A stretch of DNA of 63,289 nucleotides, counting the filler, from Intoshia linei (Eukaryota > Animalia > Orthonectida), in the NCBI GenBank assembly GCA_001642005.1. It is 5 parts of 5 records of this genome, joined end to end, with 100 filler letters (N's around TTAATTAATTAA, not from the genome) between each part and the next. Parts side by side here need not be neighbours in the genome. Positions count along the whole stretch, not along the records: positions 9,946 to 30,761 come from LWCA01000669.1; positions 30,862 to 41,760 come from LWCA01001238.1; 3 more parts are not named here. One strand, given 5' to 3'. The position numbers and the translations under genes are program-made. Below, piece by piece: positions 25,976 to 41,860 of the stretch. Within the stretch, counting starts at the first letter, position 1. Each line of letters begins with the position of its first letter. The notes below the pieces were generated by a model, which worked only from the letters and a program-made list of their open reading frames with translations, had not been told where the DNA came from and ran no database searches.

Positions 25976-27530
25976 CAGTATTGGCCATATAATTATAATA
26001 ATTCCTAAAAAGTTGTAAATATGGTTATATCTTTTGTTATTTTAATATTAGATTATAATATAGAAAGCTGAATTTTCATTCATTTAGAAAATGCATTGTT
26101 AAACATTAATCCAACAAATAATTAATTCTAATTCAAATGCGCATCTAAAATATTGCGTATTTAGATTAACATTATAGAGAGACAAAAATATGAACTTCTT
26201 TTTGTTATTCATGTAATCGGTGTTAATATCGTTTTAATATAAATTCTATCATTGTTATAGTTCTGTACGTTTATTTTTATTTTTGAAATTTCTTTATCTG
26301 CTATGGGAAAAAAACAGGACATTTCTTCTGAAAAAAAATCTATTATAATTGGTTTAATAGAAAATACTAATTGGAGTCAAAAAAAAATTTGTGATAGAAT
26401 TGGTGTATTGCAATCATATGTATCTTTGCTAAAAAAAGTAACTCTAAAACAGACGGATTGAATGTATCCAAAAGGAAAAACTGGACAAATAAAAAAACTG
26501 ATAGAATTATTATTAGAACCGCACTGGAAAACAGAAATTCCAGCTGCAATGAAATCGTATTTAAACTTAAAACCAAAAATATTAATTTATTAAGAAGAAC
26601 AGTGAACCGTAGACTTGTAGATGCAGGATACAAATCATACAAAAAAATTCTAAAACCCCTCCTTTCTACACGAATGAAAAAATCAAAGATGGAATGGGCA
26701 AAGTTAGATCAAAATTAAAAAGAGAACGATTGGAGTAAGGTTAGTGCTTTCAATATTAACAAAAATATAATTATATTTAAATTAATGAATTAATATTTTG
26801 GAGGAAATATATGATTTTTTAGGTTATATTCTTGTATGAATCTATGATAACTGTCATGTGTAATCCATCAACTCGAGTTGGGAGAAAATCCAGTGAATCC
26901 TCAAGATCAGATTGTGTAAAACAAACTGTGAAAATTTCCAGCGAAAGTGATGGTCTGGGGTGCTATATCCGTAAAAGGTATGAGCAAATTGCAGATAATT
27001 GAAGGAACAATGGACCAAAAAGTGTACAAGAATGTGATGGAATTATTCCTAAATGAAATTCCCCATTTGTTTGACAATACTGATTACACATTTCAACAAG
27101 ATTCTGCACCATGTCACAAAGCAAAGTCTATAATGACGTCCTTTGAAAATAAGGGTATTACTCTGTTCAAAATGGCCACGAAATTATCCTGATATGAACC
27201 CAATTGAAAATATTTGGTCAATTCTGAAGGATGAAGTTCATAAAGTAGAAATTAATACAAAAACACAATTGATTGATCGATTACACAAGGTTTGGAACCA
27301 TTCTCCAAGAATTAAAGAATTATCGAAAGAGTTGATTATTGGGATGCCTAGAAGAATAAATGTTCTCATTAGTGCTAATGGCGGTTCAACAAAATATTAA
27401 GTTGGTATATGTGTACCAAATATACGTTACATTACTATCTAAAATTTTGTTTAATTTCCTCCATTGGTTTTTTAATTATATATATTTTATATAAAAATAT
27501 CAAATTATTATAATTATATGGCCAATACTG
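25976..27530 (+). mobile_element. Full-length Tc1-family (DD34E) transposon with inactivated, intron-containing transposase (26303-27400)
   Basis: 28-bp TIRs cagtattggccatataattataataatt flanked by TA; MVWGAI, QQDSAPCH, PDMNPIENIW; stop at 26716, frameshifts, first catalytic D read as Y (VIFLYES). Confidence 0.93.
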
Positions 27531-28017
27531 TATATTATCACAATTAAAATGACAAAATAGGTTTTTATAATTTTATTTATTTATGACAATTTTTAGAATT
27601 AGACTGTTTTTACTTTATTGTTAATATTATACACACATTCTGTCTAATAAATTAAAAAAATAGATACATCATAAATATGATTATAATGTGATAATTTAAA
27701 TCATGGGTGGCCAACCTTTTTTTTATGCGATCGACTAATACATTGAATAGAAAAATGTTTCTGATAGGAACCTATTTCAAAAAAATCCACAAAAATTCAA
27801 AAGTTATTTCCACTAACATTCACATATTGTTTGTTTTTCTTGCAGGTGGTTTGTACATGATCATTAAATTTACATCATAATTTATAACCCTTGAAACTAA
27901 AATCTTTGTCAATGAAAATTTGATATGCTTCGCATATATTGTAATAATAGTTACGTGGTAACTATTAAAATAAAAACACTAAAGTTTTAATTGAAATAGA
28001 ATTTAAATTAGAATTGC

Positions 28018-28531
28018 ATGATAAACGATAAAACTTCAAATATACTTAGTGTTATGCCTCTGTAATTATACTTTTAGATTGATTAATAAAATTATAAACA
28101 TAAATATATGTTAAATTTATCAAAATATTTACTTTTTAAAAATATAGAAATTATCATTTATTAGTGTTATACTGATGATTTGAAAAAAAATTATGAATTT
28201 AATAATCAAATGCAATATATACTTTAATTTTATAGGGGAGCAGGGCAAGAAGTTGGACGATCTTGTATAATTGTTTCATTCAAAGGAAAAAAAATTATGG
28301 TAATTGTATGATTCGTCTTAAATAATTTTCTATTTCATGTAAATTCCGGGATCACCAAACGTTATACATTGTGGACCCTAATTATAATTGGAATAACTTA
28401 TTAAATTGTAGTGTTTATATATTCATTTTTTAGCTTGATTGTGGAATACACCCTGGACAATCAGGTGGTGCATCACTTCCTTATATTGACAGTATTGATG
28501 TGGAAGATATTGATATGGTTCTAATTAGCCA
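28018..28531 (+). CDS. CPSF3: CPSF73 endonuclease, first three exons (partial)
   Basis: [44 protein letters not shown]...[20 protein letters not shown]; exons 28018-28061, 28236-28299, 28434-28531. Confidence 0.9.
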
Positions 28532-29139
28532 GTAATTTCCATTTTTTATTAGTATGTATGTCATCCAGACAAAAAAATAATTATATAATGTAGAGTTACA
28601 TGTTTAGATGAAATACGGTTAAAATTTTTAACTTAAAAGTATTGTATTAGATCAAAGGTTCACAACGTGCGGACGTGGCTAATATATCATTTTACTTCAA
28701 ATTGAAAAGTTAAAATGAGATATTATTCAAGGTCTATCTAAAATATTTTATTAAAAAATTACATTCTTGACTTTGCCCCAGTTTCTCAAATGTTAGCGAA
28801 GAGCACACAAAATCAAGGCAGTCACTGATATCTTTTTTGTCATTATTAATATTTACATATTTCGTTTTATGTCTTCCATTCTAATGTATCAACAAATTGG
28901 TTTTTAATGGAACTTTTTTCTGTTGTCCAATTATTATTAATTATTTAACGAAAAATTAATGATTAATGTTTTTTCAAAAAATTATTAGTAAAAGGAGATT
29001 TTTCAAATTTTTTTAAAATCAGGTCTTTTCTTATGGAATGAGTCAGAAGAATTATTGATCTAAAAATTTGGTAAAATGGGATTTTTCATAGAAATATTGG
29101 TAAAAGCGATTTTTTTTTAGAATTAGATAGGGTAGTTTT

Positions 29140-30310
29140 TATTCTAAAACTTTGGTAAAAACTTTACAAACTGTTTCCGTAGTGATATCCTTGGTTGCCA
29201 CCATTTCTGACCATCCGGAATAGTGATCTACCATGTTAACAATTTATCTTTTTCCGTTGTTTGACTTAGGTAAAGGACCGATTATATCAACTTGCCAGAG
29301 TTCATTAGACTCATGCGTATTAACTGGTTTTAACGGTTTACTTTTTTTGTGATTTTGATGTTTGGAAAGATTACATTTATTACACGCCTTTACAAACATA
29401 GAAACTTGATCATACAATTTAGGGAAAAAATATTTAGTGCTTATTAATTTGCTTAATTTACTCACGCCTGGATGGACATATAAATTTGATTCATGATGAA
29501 ATTTAATTACTTTGTCAATTATAGTTTCTGGTACAAGTGGTACCTGACCATCTCGCCTTCTAAAGTGTATAATACCGTCTACCAACGTAAAATGTATACG
29601 GTATTTATAATATACATTATCTTTTTCAATATCCTTAGAATGTAAAATAAAATTAAAGAGAATTTTACAGGAATTGTCGTACTTCTGAGCTTTAAATATA
29701 TCGAAAATATCCTTGTTTTGTAATGGCCGTTTTAGTAAATATTTCTGTAATGTGGCATCGAGATAATAAATCTGCCGCTAAATTTTCACGGCCAGATCTG
29801 TATGCAATGACGAAATTAAATTCTTGTAAAACATGTATCCATCGGATTAATCTAGAATTTACATGATTCGAATTCATAATGTTGACTAATGGATTATGAT
29901 TTGTTAAGACAGTAAATGCTTTTCCAGACAAGTAATATTTAAATTTCATTACCGCCCAAAAGATTGCAAGAAATTCCTTTTGTAATACACTGTAATGCTT
30001 TTGAGTAGGAGTTAAAGATTTTTTGGCGTAATATATAACATTATCACCTTGTCGTAAAACAGCACCCAGTCCATGGTTGGATGCGTCTGTTTCTAAAACC
30101 AATTCTTGAGTAAAATCGGGTGCACAAACAGTAGGGGATGAAGTCAGTATGCTTTTCAATTTCATATAGGCTGACTCACATTTTTGACACCAATTGAACT
30201 TACATCCTTTTAATAAAAGCATACGAATTGGAGAAGTTATAGTTGAATAATTATGTATGAAGCGTTGTAAATAGTTACACATACCTAAAAATCGCCTTAC
30301 TTCATTTATT
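29140..30310 (-). mobile_element. Ty3/Gypsy pol remnant (RT end, RNase H, integrase)
   Basis: ETDAS, EFLAIFWA, NLAADLLSR, HH-CC zinc finger, WQVDIIGPLP, VDHYSGW. Confidence 0.9.
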
Positions 30311-30319
30311 TTTTTTATT

Positions 30320-30761
30320 TTAAAGTCGATTTACCACATATCATTGAATTTTTTAGTGTAGATCGGTTTTAATGGTTGAGTTCGTTTACGACGTCCCGAT
30401 TTTCCAAGGTTCACAAATTTTTATCCAATCATGAATTTGTTTTGACATTTCTGGCCAAAAATAATGATTTTTAATATTTTCTAGAGTTTTGTATATACCT
30501 GAGTGGTTGTAAATTTTCTCATTGTGGAAGAATTTTATTATTTCTGTAGTTTTGCTTTGGGGTACTATGGTTCGTAATGTATTAGGTTGTTTATAATATA
30601 TTATGTCATCTTTAATTATTAATTGTTTGATGTATGGCAATAATGTGTTTCCTAGAGTGATTGTATCTAATTTGTTTATTTTTTTATAAATTTCTTTGCA
30701 GTCTTTATCGTCGTTTTGTGCTTGTTTAAGATTAAATATATCATTAGATGAGTAGATATGG
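30320..30761 (-). mobile_element. Second Gypsy integrase zinc-finger fragment
   Basis: FHNEKIYNHSGIYKT...YFWPEM...CEP. Confidence 0.8.
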
Positions 30762-30861
30762 NNNNNNNNNNNNNNNNNNNNNNNNNNNNNNNNNNNNNNN
30801 NNNNNTTAATTAATTAANNNNNNNNNNNNNNNNNNNNNNNNNNNNNNNNNNNNNNNNNNNN
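30762..30861. other. Artificial contig spacer
   Basis: 44 N + TTAATTAATTAA + 44 N. Confidence 0.97.
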
Positions 30862-31416
30862 AGTAAATTGCAAATGATGCAGCTGAACGCGTTTTATTAA
30901 AATATACAAACATTTTTAATTTTTCTCCATACACAAAGCAGGAATTTCACTTTTTGTAAAAAAAATTAAGAAAAACATAAAAATAAACTTAAATTTAGTA
31001 ATTTTTTGTTAATTACTTAATTGATCAACGCTGAGTCATTGATGAGTATTTTTCAAAATTAGTCATCGGATTGTCATTTTTTCTTTCAAATGACATCTAA
31101 TCTACTTGGTATGTTTTTAAATTTCTTAAAAAAAATATTTGATGTGACACCCTACTCGACAGTTTATATACTTACATATGTATATTAGTGCTGTTCAAAA
31201 AAAAAATTAGCACATGGGCAGAGGGTATGCTTTGATATGTGAACAATAATATGCCGTTATTATAAAATTCTCAATTTTTAACAAACATTAGGCGGAATTC
31301 AATTAATAACTTTAAAATAATATATAATAGGTGATGTTTATTTTTAAACATTTAGTCGGTAACTAGCGTAATATTATAATTCATTTGGTTAAATATCCTA
31401 ATATGATAAATAGGAT

Positions 31417-32080
31417 TCTTTACTTATATAATATGCTACGCAATATTTGTTTGCGTGTTTGTGTTCCACTTTATTTCAATAAATACCAGTCTTAGAATTT
31501 TATAAAGTTCACATTTTAATTACAGTTTTTTTCGGGACGTACATTAAGATAAATTTCAACCTCCCAATTTCACATCTTACGGGTCAAAAACCCTATTTGT
31601 CCCTCTTTTTGAAAATCAAACGAGTTGGAGAATTTAAAAAAATATACACTCTGATATGGATGTTAACATCACAAATTATTATCATAAATTTAAATATAAA
31701 AAAAATATATCTTCAGGGGCAAAACCAGAAATTACCCTTTTTTTTAATGATAAATGCGCCAGAATTTAAAAAAATTTACAGGTAATACAGTTTTATCCTA
31801 TTAACACACACAAAAATTTGAATCTGAATACATGACGTCTTCACGTTCAAAAAAGCACTTTAGTATTCATATATTTTTTTTCCGTAATATTTTATTAAAA
31901 CAAAAAATATGAAATAATTAACAGTCCGAAAATTCCAAAAAAAACATTATTCTGATAGAGCTTATTCCAGTTGATATAAATACAAAATTTCAACTCTAAA
32001 AATCTATGCATTCCTGGTGAAAAATAATTTTTAATATATATTCAACCATTATTTTCAAATAAAAATTAAAAATGTAAATA
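31417..32080 (+). mobile_element. Non-autonomous Helitron-like repeat copy
   Basis: Collinear with 24980-25620. Confidence 0.65.
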
Positions 32081-32306
32081 TTAATTAGTAATTTGTAAGT
32101 AAATAAAAAATATTTTTCATATACATTCATATTGTGATCTCTTGATAGAAAACTGTATTATGAATAATAATTTATGATACATTTATGTACATGATTGACA
32201 AATTCTACATTTTTTCACCGTGACTATGATATTATGACCACAATTAGTTGGAGTTTAGCAATTAAAAATGCAATTCTAATTTGCTGACAAATTTTTTAAA
32301 ATATAC

Positions 32307-33765
<1,459 letters not shown>

Positions 33766-34010
33766 TTGAATAGGTAACCGCTAGTAATATTATCAACTAT
33801 AGTTTATTGTTTCAATAATGCTCTTATTACAAGAATCTTGTCAATTGATTATTTCCTATATTTATCATAATTAGTTTATAGATCAAATTATAATTTAACA
33901 TTTGTATTGGTCTGAAGGTCACAAATTGTGGGTTTTAAAAAATGTTTACTAGAAAATATAAATTACTAATACCGAATACTTTGAATTGCATTATTATTTA
34001 ATTTAAACAA

Positions 34011-34083
34011 GTCCTCGTAGCTCAGTGGTTAGAGCACTAGTCTAGTAAACTAGGGGTCGTGAGTTCGACTCTCATCGAGGACA
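34011..34083 (+). tRNA. tRNA-Thr(AGT)
   Basis: Acceptor stem gtcctcg/cgaggac, D arm agctcagtggttagagc, anticodon arm ctagt-ctAGTaa-actag, T loop gttcga, followed by a T7 Pol III terminator. Confidence 0.95.
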
Positions 34084-34262
34084 TTTTTTTATTTATTGCT
34101 TTAATTTTTGAAAATCTAATTTATCTCTCATTTAATTTCAATTAGAAAATTTAAATTTTTAATTTATATAGTTTTGTCAATCGATACAAATCATATCCCA
34201 AAATAAAGTTGAAAATTTTTTTATTTCTTTGACTATCGTTATATTGTAATTATAATACAAAA

Positions 34263-37200
34263 ATGGAATCTAAAATATCAATTATCACGCCAATAAAACC
34301 TTCTACATCAGAGTGCCCATATTGTCATTCTCATGAAAATATTACGGATGGTATTTTTTTAATAATTTGAGAATTTTGAATATTCTTACTTGTATAACAT
34401 TGTATCTCTGTGTCTACATTTTATACTACGAGGTAAAATTTTTCATTTTTAACTATCCGAAAATTCTACAAAATCATGCTATTATTTAGTAAATTTTAGT
34501 ACCTTCTTACTCACCAGTGTCCTTCCAATATTTAGCGCCCTACACGTTTGTCATTTTAATTAAATTCTCTGTATTAATTTATTATGGGACTACATTTATC
34601 TTTCATTTTTAGAAGGTCTCTGTCTCAATAGGTTTGAGGGAGTAGTTATTTGTGATATTTTTCATTTTTATTAGGATTGCTAGAGGTGGATAAATCACAT
34701 TGTGCATACCAAATAAGGCTTACACGAAAATAATTTTCAATTGACTGATTTCATTGCATTATTATTTAGGTTTTGCGACATATAAAATGCACCCAGATAC
34801 ATATGAACAATTGATAAATGCGGGTTGGAGAAGGTTTTTATTTATGTTTAAATTTGATATAAAGTATGTTTGCAAGTCCAATTGTAGTTTTCCGCTATTA
34901 TTTTAACCGTTAATAAACAATAACTAATTTAAGTAACTTTGAATTCCAATTCGATAACGAGAAAATTTTTTTCACAAAGAAATTCCTTGTTAACAGAATG
35001 AGATTTTTTTCAGGACCAATTATTCCGTTAACGAAGAATTAGCTTGTACTTTATACATGAACATAAAATTTTGTACAATAGATGTGGTATTTACATCTAC
35101 CATCCATACAATTATATTCAAAACTGTTGCAGACCTTTTCCTATCCGAATTGAAGTCGAACGTTTTAAATTATCTAAGCAAAATAGAAAAATGATTCGTA
35201 AATTCAATCAAGAATTACGGGTATTTTATTTTCTGTGTCTACTTTACGTTTTATAATAATTGGTTCAGTGTTATTTACAAGGAACTGTCAGTTAAACAAA
35301 CCAATTATAATTTTACTTTTATATTTTGTGTTAAATTTTAGATTAAACTGTACAATTCTAAGCAATTATTTGATTTCGATATCAATATTAAAGATTCTGA
35401 TTTTAGTGTAAAAATTAAATATATACGATAGTTTGAAGGTTCAGTCAATGTAAAGAAATATTTTTTAGACGTAGACGTAATTGTGTAGAAAGTAATAGCT
35501 TTGTTTTAAAAATATACCTTATATGAATAAATATTGACTTTTCCAATCATCAAGAATAATAACAAATTATACATACAAATATAAGGACATTACTATTATG
35601 ATCGACATGGTATTAATATTTTTTAACTAAATCTATGAAACTCTCCCCTTTTTTAAGTTCATTAACATTATCGTGTTAGGGTTGATTTTTCCTATGGTGT
35701 TCCTAGAAGTAAATTTTTCATATGCATAATGTGCCTATTATTGATATTGGCTGAAACTTTAAACTTTTAGCATACATACATGTCACATGTGTAATATACA
35801 TTTTGTAAACTGTATTGCAATGGTTTCAACCTTTTTATGTTCGCGACCCCTCATGAACATAAAAAATTTTATCAACTGGAATAAGCTGTATCAGAATAAT
35901 ATTTTTTTTAATTGTAGTTATATTTTACCATTAATTATTTCAAATAGTTTCAAAATAAAAAAAATGAATACTAAAGTGCGTTTTTGACATTGAAGGCATC
36001 ACTTTTTCAGATTTAAATTTTTTGTGTGTTAACAGGGTATGTAACTGTTATCTGTAATTTTTGTAAAAATTATAGGGCCGTTTTCATTTTTAAAAGAAAA
36101 TGTAATCTGTAGTTTTTTTCGTGGAAATGATCTTTTTTGAGGTTACCATTTATTCGATATTACTTGTGATTTTAAAAACTATCCTAGAATTTATGTTGTA
36201 TAAAATTTTAAGACTTTTTTCATTTTTACAGAAAAGAATAATTTGAGGTTTTAACCGTAAAGAAATAAGATTTTTAAATTGAAAATTATCATAATGTTGA
36301 TGATTTTTAAAACTTTTTATCAGGCTATATATATTGTTTATAATTCTAGGACGGGTTTGAATTTAAAAAAAATGACAATTGGGGTTTTTAACCTTGAAGG
36401 ACTCAATTTCTGAAAATGAAATTTGCGATAAAACAACATTCTAAAAATTGTAATAGAAATATGGAAATTTTAAAACTCGACTTCTCTTACTTTCTTAAAT
36501 AAATTGGAACAGACAGACATACATTTTTAACTAAATTACTTTATATGTAAATAAGGATATAATTTATTAATATATTATGATAAATTATATTAAATTGATA
36601 TAATACAATATATGTAAATTATATATATAAAATAGGTCGAAATTATTAAATGTAGTGATTTACTAAATAATGAAGAATTAATGCTAGAAATATACAATGT
36701 TTATCAAAAATATGAGAATGAAATCCATTCTCATTCAACAAAATATGCTTCATTTCAAAATTCGCTTGTTCAGAGTCCTTTGGCGGTAACTATTAATTAT
36801 ATAATCAGTGGTCCGCGAAAAAAATATAATAGGTCCATTATTTTTTTAGAAAAAATCAGATAAAACTTAAGGATACTTATCACCATTCCAATTTTTCATG
36901 TTAAAGAATACTATAAAAAATTTTGCTTCATGTCTCAACTAGGTGTAACAAATAACGGATAGTATCCGTTGAACTATGTCATAACCAGTTATGGTTTTAC
37001 ATAAATACACGGTATCAATATACATGTATATCGAAAATTATTTATCTATAACTTAATGTATGTTTTGAATAGAAACACGTCATAATCAAAAATCACGATC
37101 TAACGATCTGTATGCAATGAACTAATTTATGCACGTATTATGTTATTTATAGGAAATTAACAATGCAAATATCAAAAATTTTAAAGGATATGGTTCTTTT

Positions 37201-37337
37201 CATAGTATATATCGATATAAGAGCGAAATTATTGCTGATGAAGTTTTGGATGTTTTACCACAAACCATTTCATCAGTATATTTTGTCTATGATCCAAAAT
37301 ATAAACATTTGTCTATAGGTAGATTCTCAGCTTTAAG
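34263..37337 (+). CDS. ATE1: Arginyl-tRNA--protein transferase, six exons (3' exon not found)
   Basis: CPYC, YEQLINAGWRRCG, NCCRPFPIR, FKLSK, YQKYE..IH, GYGSFH, DVLPQTISSVYFVYDPKYKHLSIGRFSALR. Confidence 0.9.
35870..36557 (-). mobile_element. Non-autonomous Helitron-like repeat copy in ATE1 intron
   Basis: Reverse complement of the family, ending tatatgtaaataagga. Confidence 0.55.
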
Positions 37338-38815
37338 GTATGTCAATTTTTATTTTTTTATAAATTATAATAATTTGATTACATTCCTAAATTATTTCGT
37401 TAGGACCATTTTTATGTTCACCTTATCGTTGCTTATTATTATGGTTTCCTGCTTTACAGGAACTATTTTGTTTAATTCTATTACTAATTATTTAAATAAC
37501 TACCGTATTTTTCGGAGTATAAGGCGCACCCTGTATAAAAAACAATTTACAACACAAAATTGACATATGAGGCGCATTGGCGTATAAGGCGCGAGAAATT
37601 TTATTCAGAGATATCTATGAAAAATTAAGAATCAAATGGTACAATATATACAGTAGAAGCTCTATATACTAAAACACATAATTTTATTTCATAACGTTAC
37701 TATATAAAAAAAGTACTTTTTATTGAAATGTTCTTATTATTAAAATAAAATGTGATAACTGCACAGCTCATGTTATGAGAAATGATCTACTTTTTATTAA
37801 ATTTGCTTTTCTTCCTAAAAATACTACATCAGTGTTACAACCTATGGACATGGGAATTAGAAATTACATTACTAATTACATATCTATGGCAGCAGTTGAA
37901 ACTTTTTTATAATAAATTATTATTAATTAAATATAAATAATCACAATACTTGAAATGTTCTATTTATTGAAATAAAATNCATTGCTACGCAATTTTTAAA
38001 TTTCAAATTTTCATTTTCAAAACATTTTTATTAAAATATTCAAATTTAAATAAGAAACAACAACGAAACTAAAAAACTTGGTTAATATCATTTTTATATT
38101 ACAATCCTTTGCAATAATGGTAAAATTCGACTGAAATGTTTATAAAGTGAAGATTCAGTTAATTATTTTGAGAAAATGTTAATTTTGGCAATTTTAAATA
38201 TTTATAATTAAGGAGTCACAAAGTGTGAGTCATAGAATCAGACGAACTGGTACAATGAAAATAATTTATCTGATCCCCTAGTGGTCCCAATCCCCAATTT
38301 GATAACAGCTATTGTACATGGTTAATACAGTTAAAGTCCTTATGAACGGAATTTTTGTTAAAGGAAATTCCATTTTAACGGAAAAAATTCCATGTTAACG
38401 GAATTTGAAATTATTTATTTTTTTTAACGAATGTATGAACCAAAAATTCTATTAATAAAAATTTCATTTCTAAAGCTCTAGATTCTAGAATCTATTTTTA
38501 ATGACTATCAAAAATAATTCCTATCATTGCGGAAATATCATTTTTAACTTTATTTTATTTCAATAAATAATTTAAATTGATAAAATTTTTCATGAACCCC
38601 AAAAAATTGCTGTGGACCCGTTTGTGTATATTAATTCGTCAGGTATTATACAAAAACTCATAATAACAAGAAATATGTCCATTTAATGGTTTTAATTTCA
38701 AAACATTAAATTCCGTTAAAAAGGGTGTTACTATGGAAATATTCCATAATAACGGAATTTCTAAATTTTTAATTCCGTTAACAAGGACTTGGACTGTATT
38801 TAATAATTTTTTAAT

Positions 38816-40540
38816 ATATATACGAACCTTATTATTCTTTCTAGTATCCTTTATAAAATTTAAATGATTTTGATGGAATTGAGATAAAGTATTAGTGTTG
38901 TGTTGTAGTTGATTGTTAAATTCAATTTCATGTAAATTATTTAATAAAATAATTTTAGCTTGATTAACATATCGTATATTGTTGACCAATTGGTTTTTTA
39001 AAAATGAATCATATTGTAAACGGTAATCCGCAAATCCGTTGAAAAATTTTTTCTTGAGTGAATACAACTAATAATATAATAAAAGATAATTTGTTAATTT
39101 ATTGCAATTTCAATCAATCAAATCAACTTTGGTAAGTCGGGTAGAATAGAAACATTATAGAGTAAAGGGTTTAGATCGGCGCGTGAAGGAGCTAGGTAAT
39201 TTATTATCGTGAATCATGAGCCATAACCTACTATTTTTTATTTTTTGTTGCCAGTAATTCAAAAAGTTTTGTAACCATCAATTTTCAAATTTGGTTTGAA
39301 TTTAAATTTACTGCATTTGAATTTTCCTAAACAAATCCAGGTTATAATTTAGAATTTGTCTACAATTTTGTAGTCTCATCTTTTAGGCACTTCGTACAGC
39401 AGCAGCTACATTAAATGTAGCACTATCGAATTCTTGTTTTCAAATTAAACTGAACGACTACTTTTTCGTTGTTATTAAAGCATAAATTTAGTATCTAACA
39501 ATGTATTTGCTTCTAGGATATATTCTTAGTTAAAATTGAATTGTGGTTTAATTGCAGCTAGCAAAATTGTTTATTTTTATTTTTTTATCATAAATTTTAT
39601 GAGCCGAAATTATATTAAACATTGAAAATTAAACATTGAGACATTGAAAATTTTTAATTCAAAATGATGAAATAGTAAAATACAGCCTTCAAGTAGAAAT
39701 ATAAATAATACAGTAGAAGCTCTATATACTAAAATACTTTTCATTGAACTGTTCTTATTATTAAAATAACGCGTGCTGATTTTTGTATGAAATTTGTTAA
39801 CATTATTTGAATTTGTTTGAAATTTTTTTAAGTATCAATTTTAACAAGCAACTTGCAATTAAAAAACGCAAAATACTCTTATTTGTTGATAGCTGCACAG
39901 CTCATGTTATAAGAAATGATCTACTTTTTTGAAATTGGATTTTCTTCCTAAAAATACTACATCAATGTTACAACCTATGGACATGGAAATTAGGAATTAC
40001 ATTACTAATTACATATCTATGGCAGCAGTTGAAACTTTTTTATAATAAATTATTATTAATTAAATGTAAATTATCACAATACTTGAAATGTTCTATTTAT
40101 TGAAATAAAATATCATTTAGTATATAGAGCTTCTACTGTAATAATAATCAAAAAATAAAAAAACTGTCCAAAATTTGTGCTTTATAAAATTCTAGGAATC
40201 TCAGTTTTTTAAAGAACTTGTTATGGATAAATATACAATCACCATTCTATTAGACATATATTATCATAGATTCAATTCTGGATCTACCATTGTAATGACA
40301 TCTTCTGTTTGATCATAGTATAAAACAGAAAATGTAATAATCTAAATTTATGATTACTTCATTCATAAATTCAATTTCTGAAGAATAATAGTCTTTAATA
40401 CAATTTTTTTCCAATTCTGCCAACTTAATCAAATTTTTTTGTTCTGCAGATATTAAAAATGTATCTTTTGACAATATTTTATCTTTATTGAATTTTAATT
40501 TAAATGATTTCAATCGACTGCGCTGTTTCAAATATGACAT
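38816..40540 (-). CDS. Possible unknown multi-exon gene or pseudogene
   Basis: Protein-like frames at 40540-40355 and 39067-38825 ending in GT donors; could not be joined cleanly. Confidence 0.3.
39711..40138 (+). mobile_element. Internally deleted pogo/Tigger element (partial second copy ~37651-37978)
   Basis: TIRs cagtagaagctctatatactaaa, TA flanks; RKILLFVDSCTAH...FLPKNTTSMLQPMD DDE_1 motif. Confidence 0.85.
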
Positions 40541-41760
40541 TTCTTTTATTTCCTATATATTGTATAATTATTCAAAAATATTTAAAATTATAAAAAATTA
40601 CATTATTAAAATTTTGTTTATCCTTTTCATACATATTTTTCCATTTTATTTCAAATTCAATTATATTGTCTTCTATTAATTTTTTCTTTAGTTTTTTAAT
40701 TTTATTCATATGTATGCTTTTCTAAATTTATTTTATTCATCCATTAATCAGACATATGTGACTATTCGAATAACAAATTCGTATATTGAATTGTGTTCAA
40801 AAAAAAAGAAAGGTAATTGTCATCAAAATTTGTAAAGTTTTTTTAATTTATTCTTTAATGCATTGATTTCAAAAAAGCGTAAATTTTAAATATTTAAAAT
40901 CAAGTACAGTAGCGACAGATTAAGAGAGTCAATTTATTATTGTAGAAAAAGTGAATAATGTACCAGTCGTCAAAAGTGTTCTACTTTTTTGAAAATTTAA
41001 AAATTTTAATTTCGTTCATAATTTTTATCAATTTTGAGTGTCTGTGTAAGCGCTTCTGATTAACATGTATATTATACAATTATATTAATATATTGAATGC
41101 TTACTATTAAAAAATATTTTAAACGATTAAATGGTATAATATATCCATGGTTACACATAAAAAAGCCTAAAAACAACATTGCTCGGTTGCTAAAAGCGGA
41201 CCACATTTTGGAAATAACCACTGAATTAAAGGTTAAATGCTGATTAATTGCATCATTGATGTACAATACATATATATAACTAGATAAAAATAAATGCAAT
41301 AAATGATTACCAATTCCTTTAAATTTTTAAGATTGTTAATTTTATTATCTTCTATACTTTTTTCTAATCTTTTTTTCATATTATCATATTCTTTTTGTAA
41401 TTCCAATCTTTTATGAATTATATAACGTACAAGTTTTTTTTGAGTCTTGATTATAGTTAGTTAATCATGAAGAAGGAACGTAGATCAACAAAGTGTAACA
41501 TACTTCTGAACAGTGTCGTGTTCAAAAAATCTTATAAAAATATTTTGTTCCTTTTAATAATTACTACTAATAATGACTGATTGCCCACCATATAAAAAAT
41601 TAGGCTTACAAATTCACACATTTTTATTTACTTTTACGTAAGTAATAATAAACATTTTATATAACTTTAATACATTATATTATAATAATTATTACAGTAG
41701 AATCGTCTTATATTGATCACGGATATAGTGATCAGCCGCTTATAATGATCAAAATTAAGA

Positions 41761-41860
41761 NNNNNNNNNNNNNNNNNNNNNNNNNNNNNNNNNNNNNNNN
41801 NNNNTTAATTAATTAANNNNNNNNNNNNNNNNNNNNNNNNNNNNNNNNNNNNNNNNNNNN
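41761..41860. other. Artificial contig spacer
   Basis: 44 N + TTAATTAATTAA + 44 N. Confidence 0.97.
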
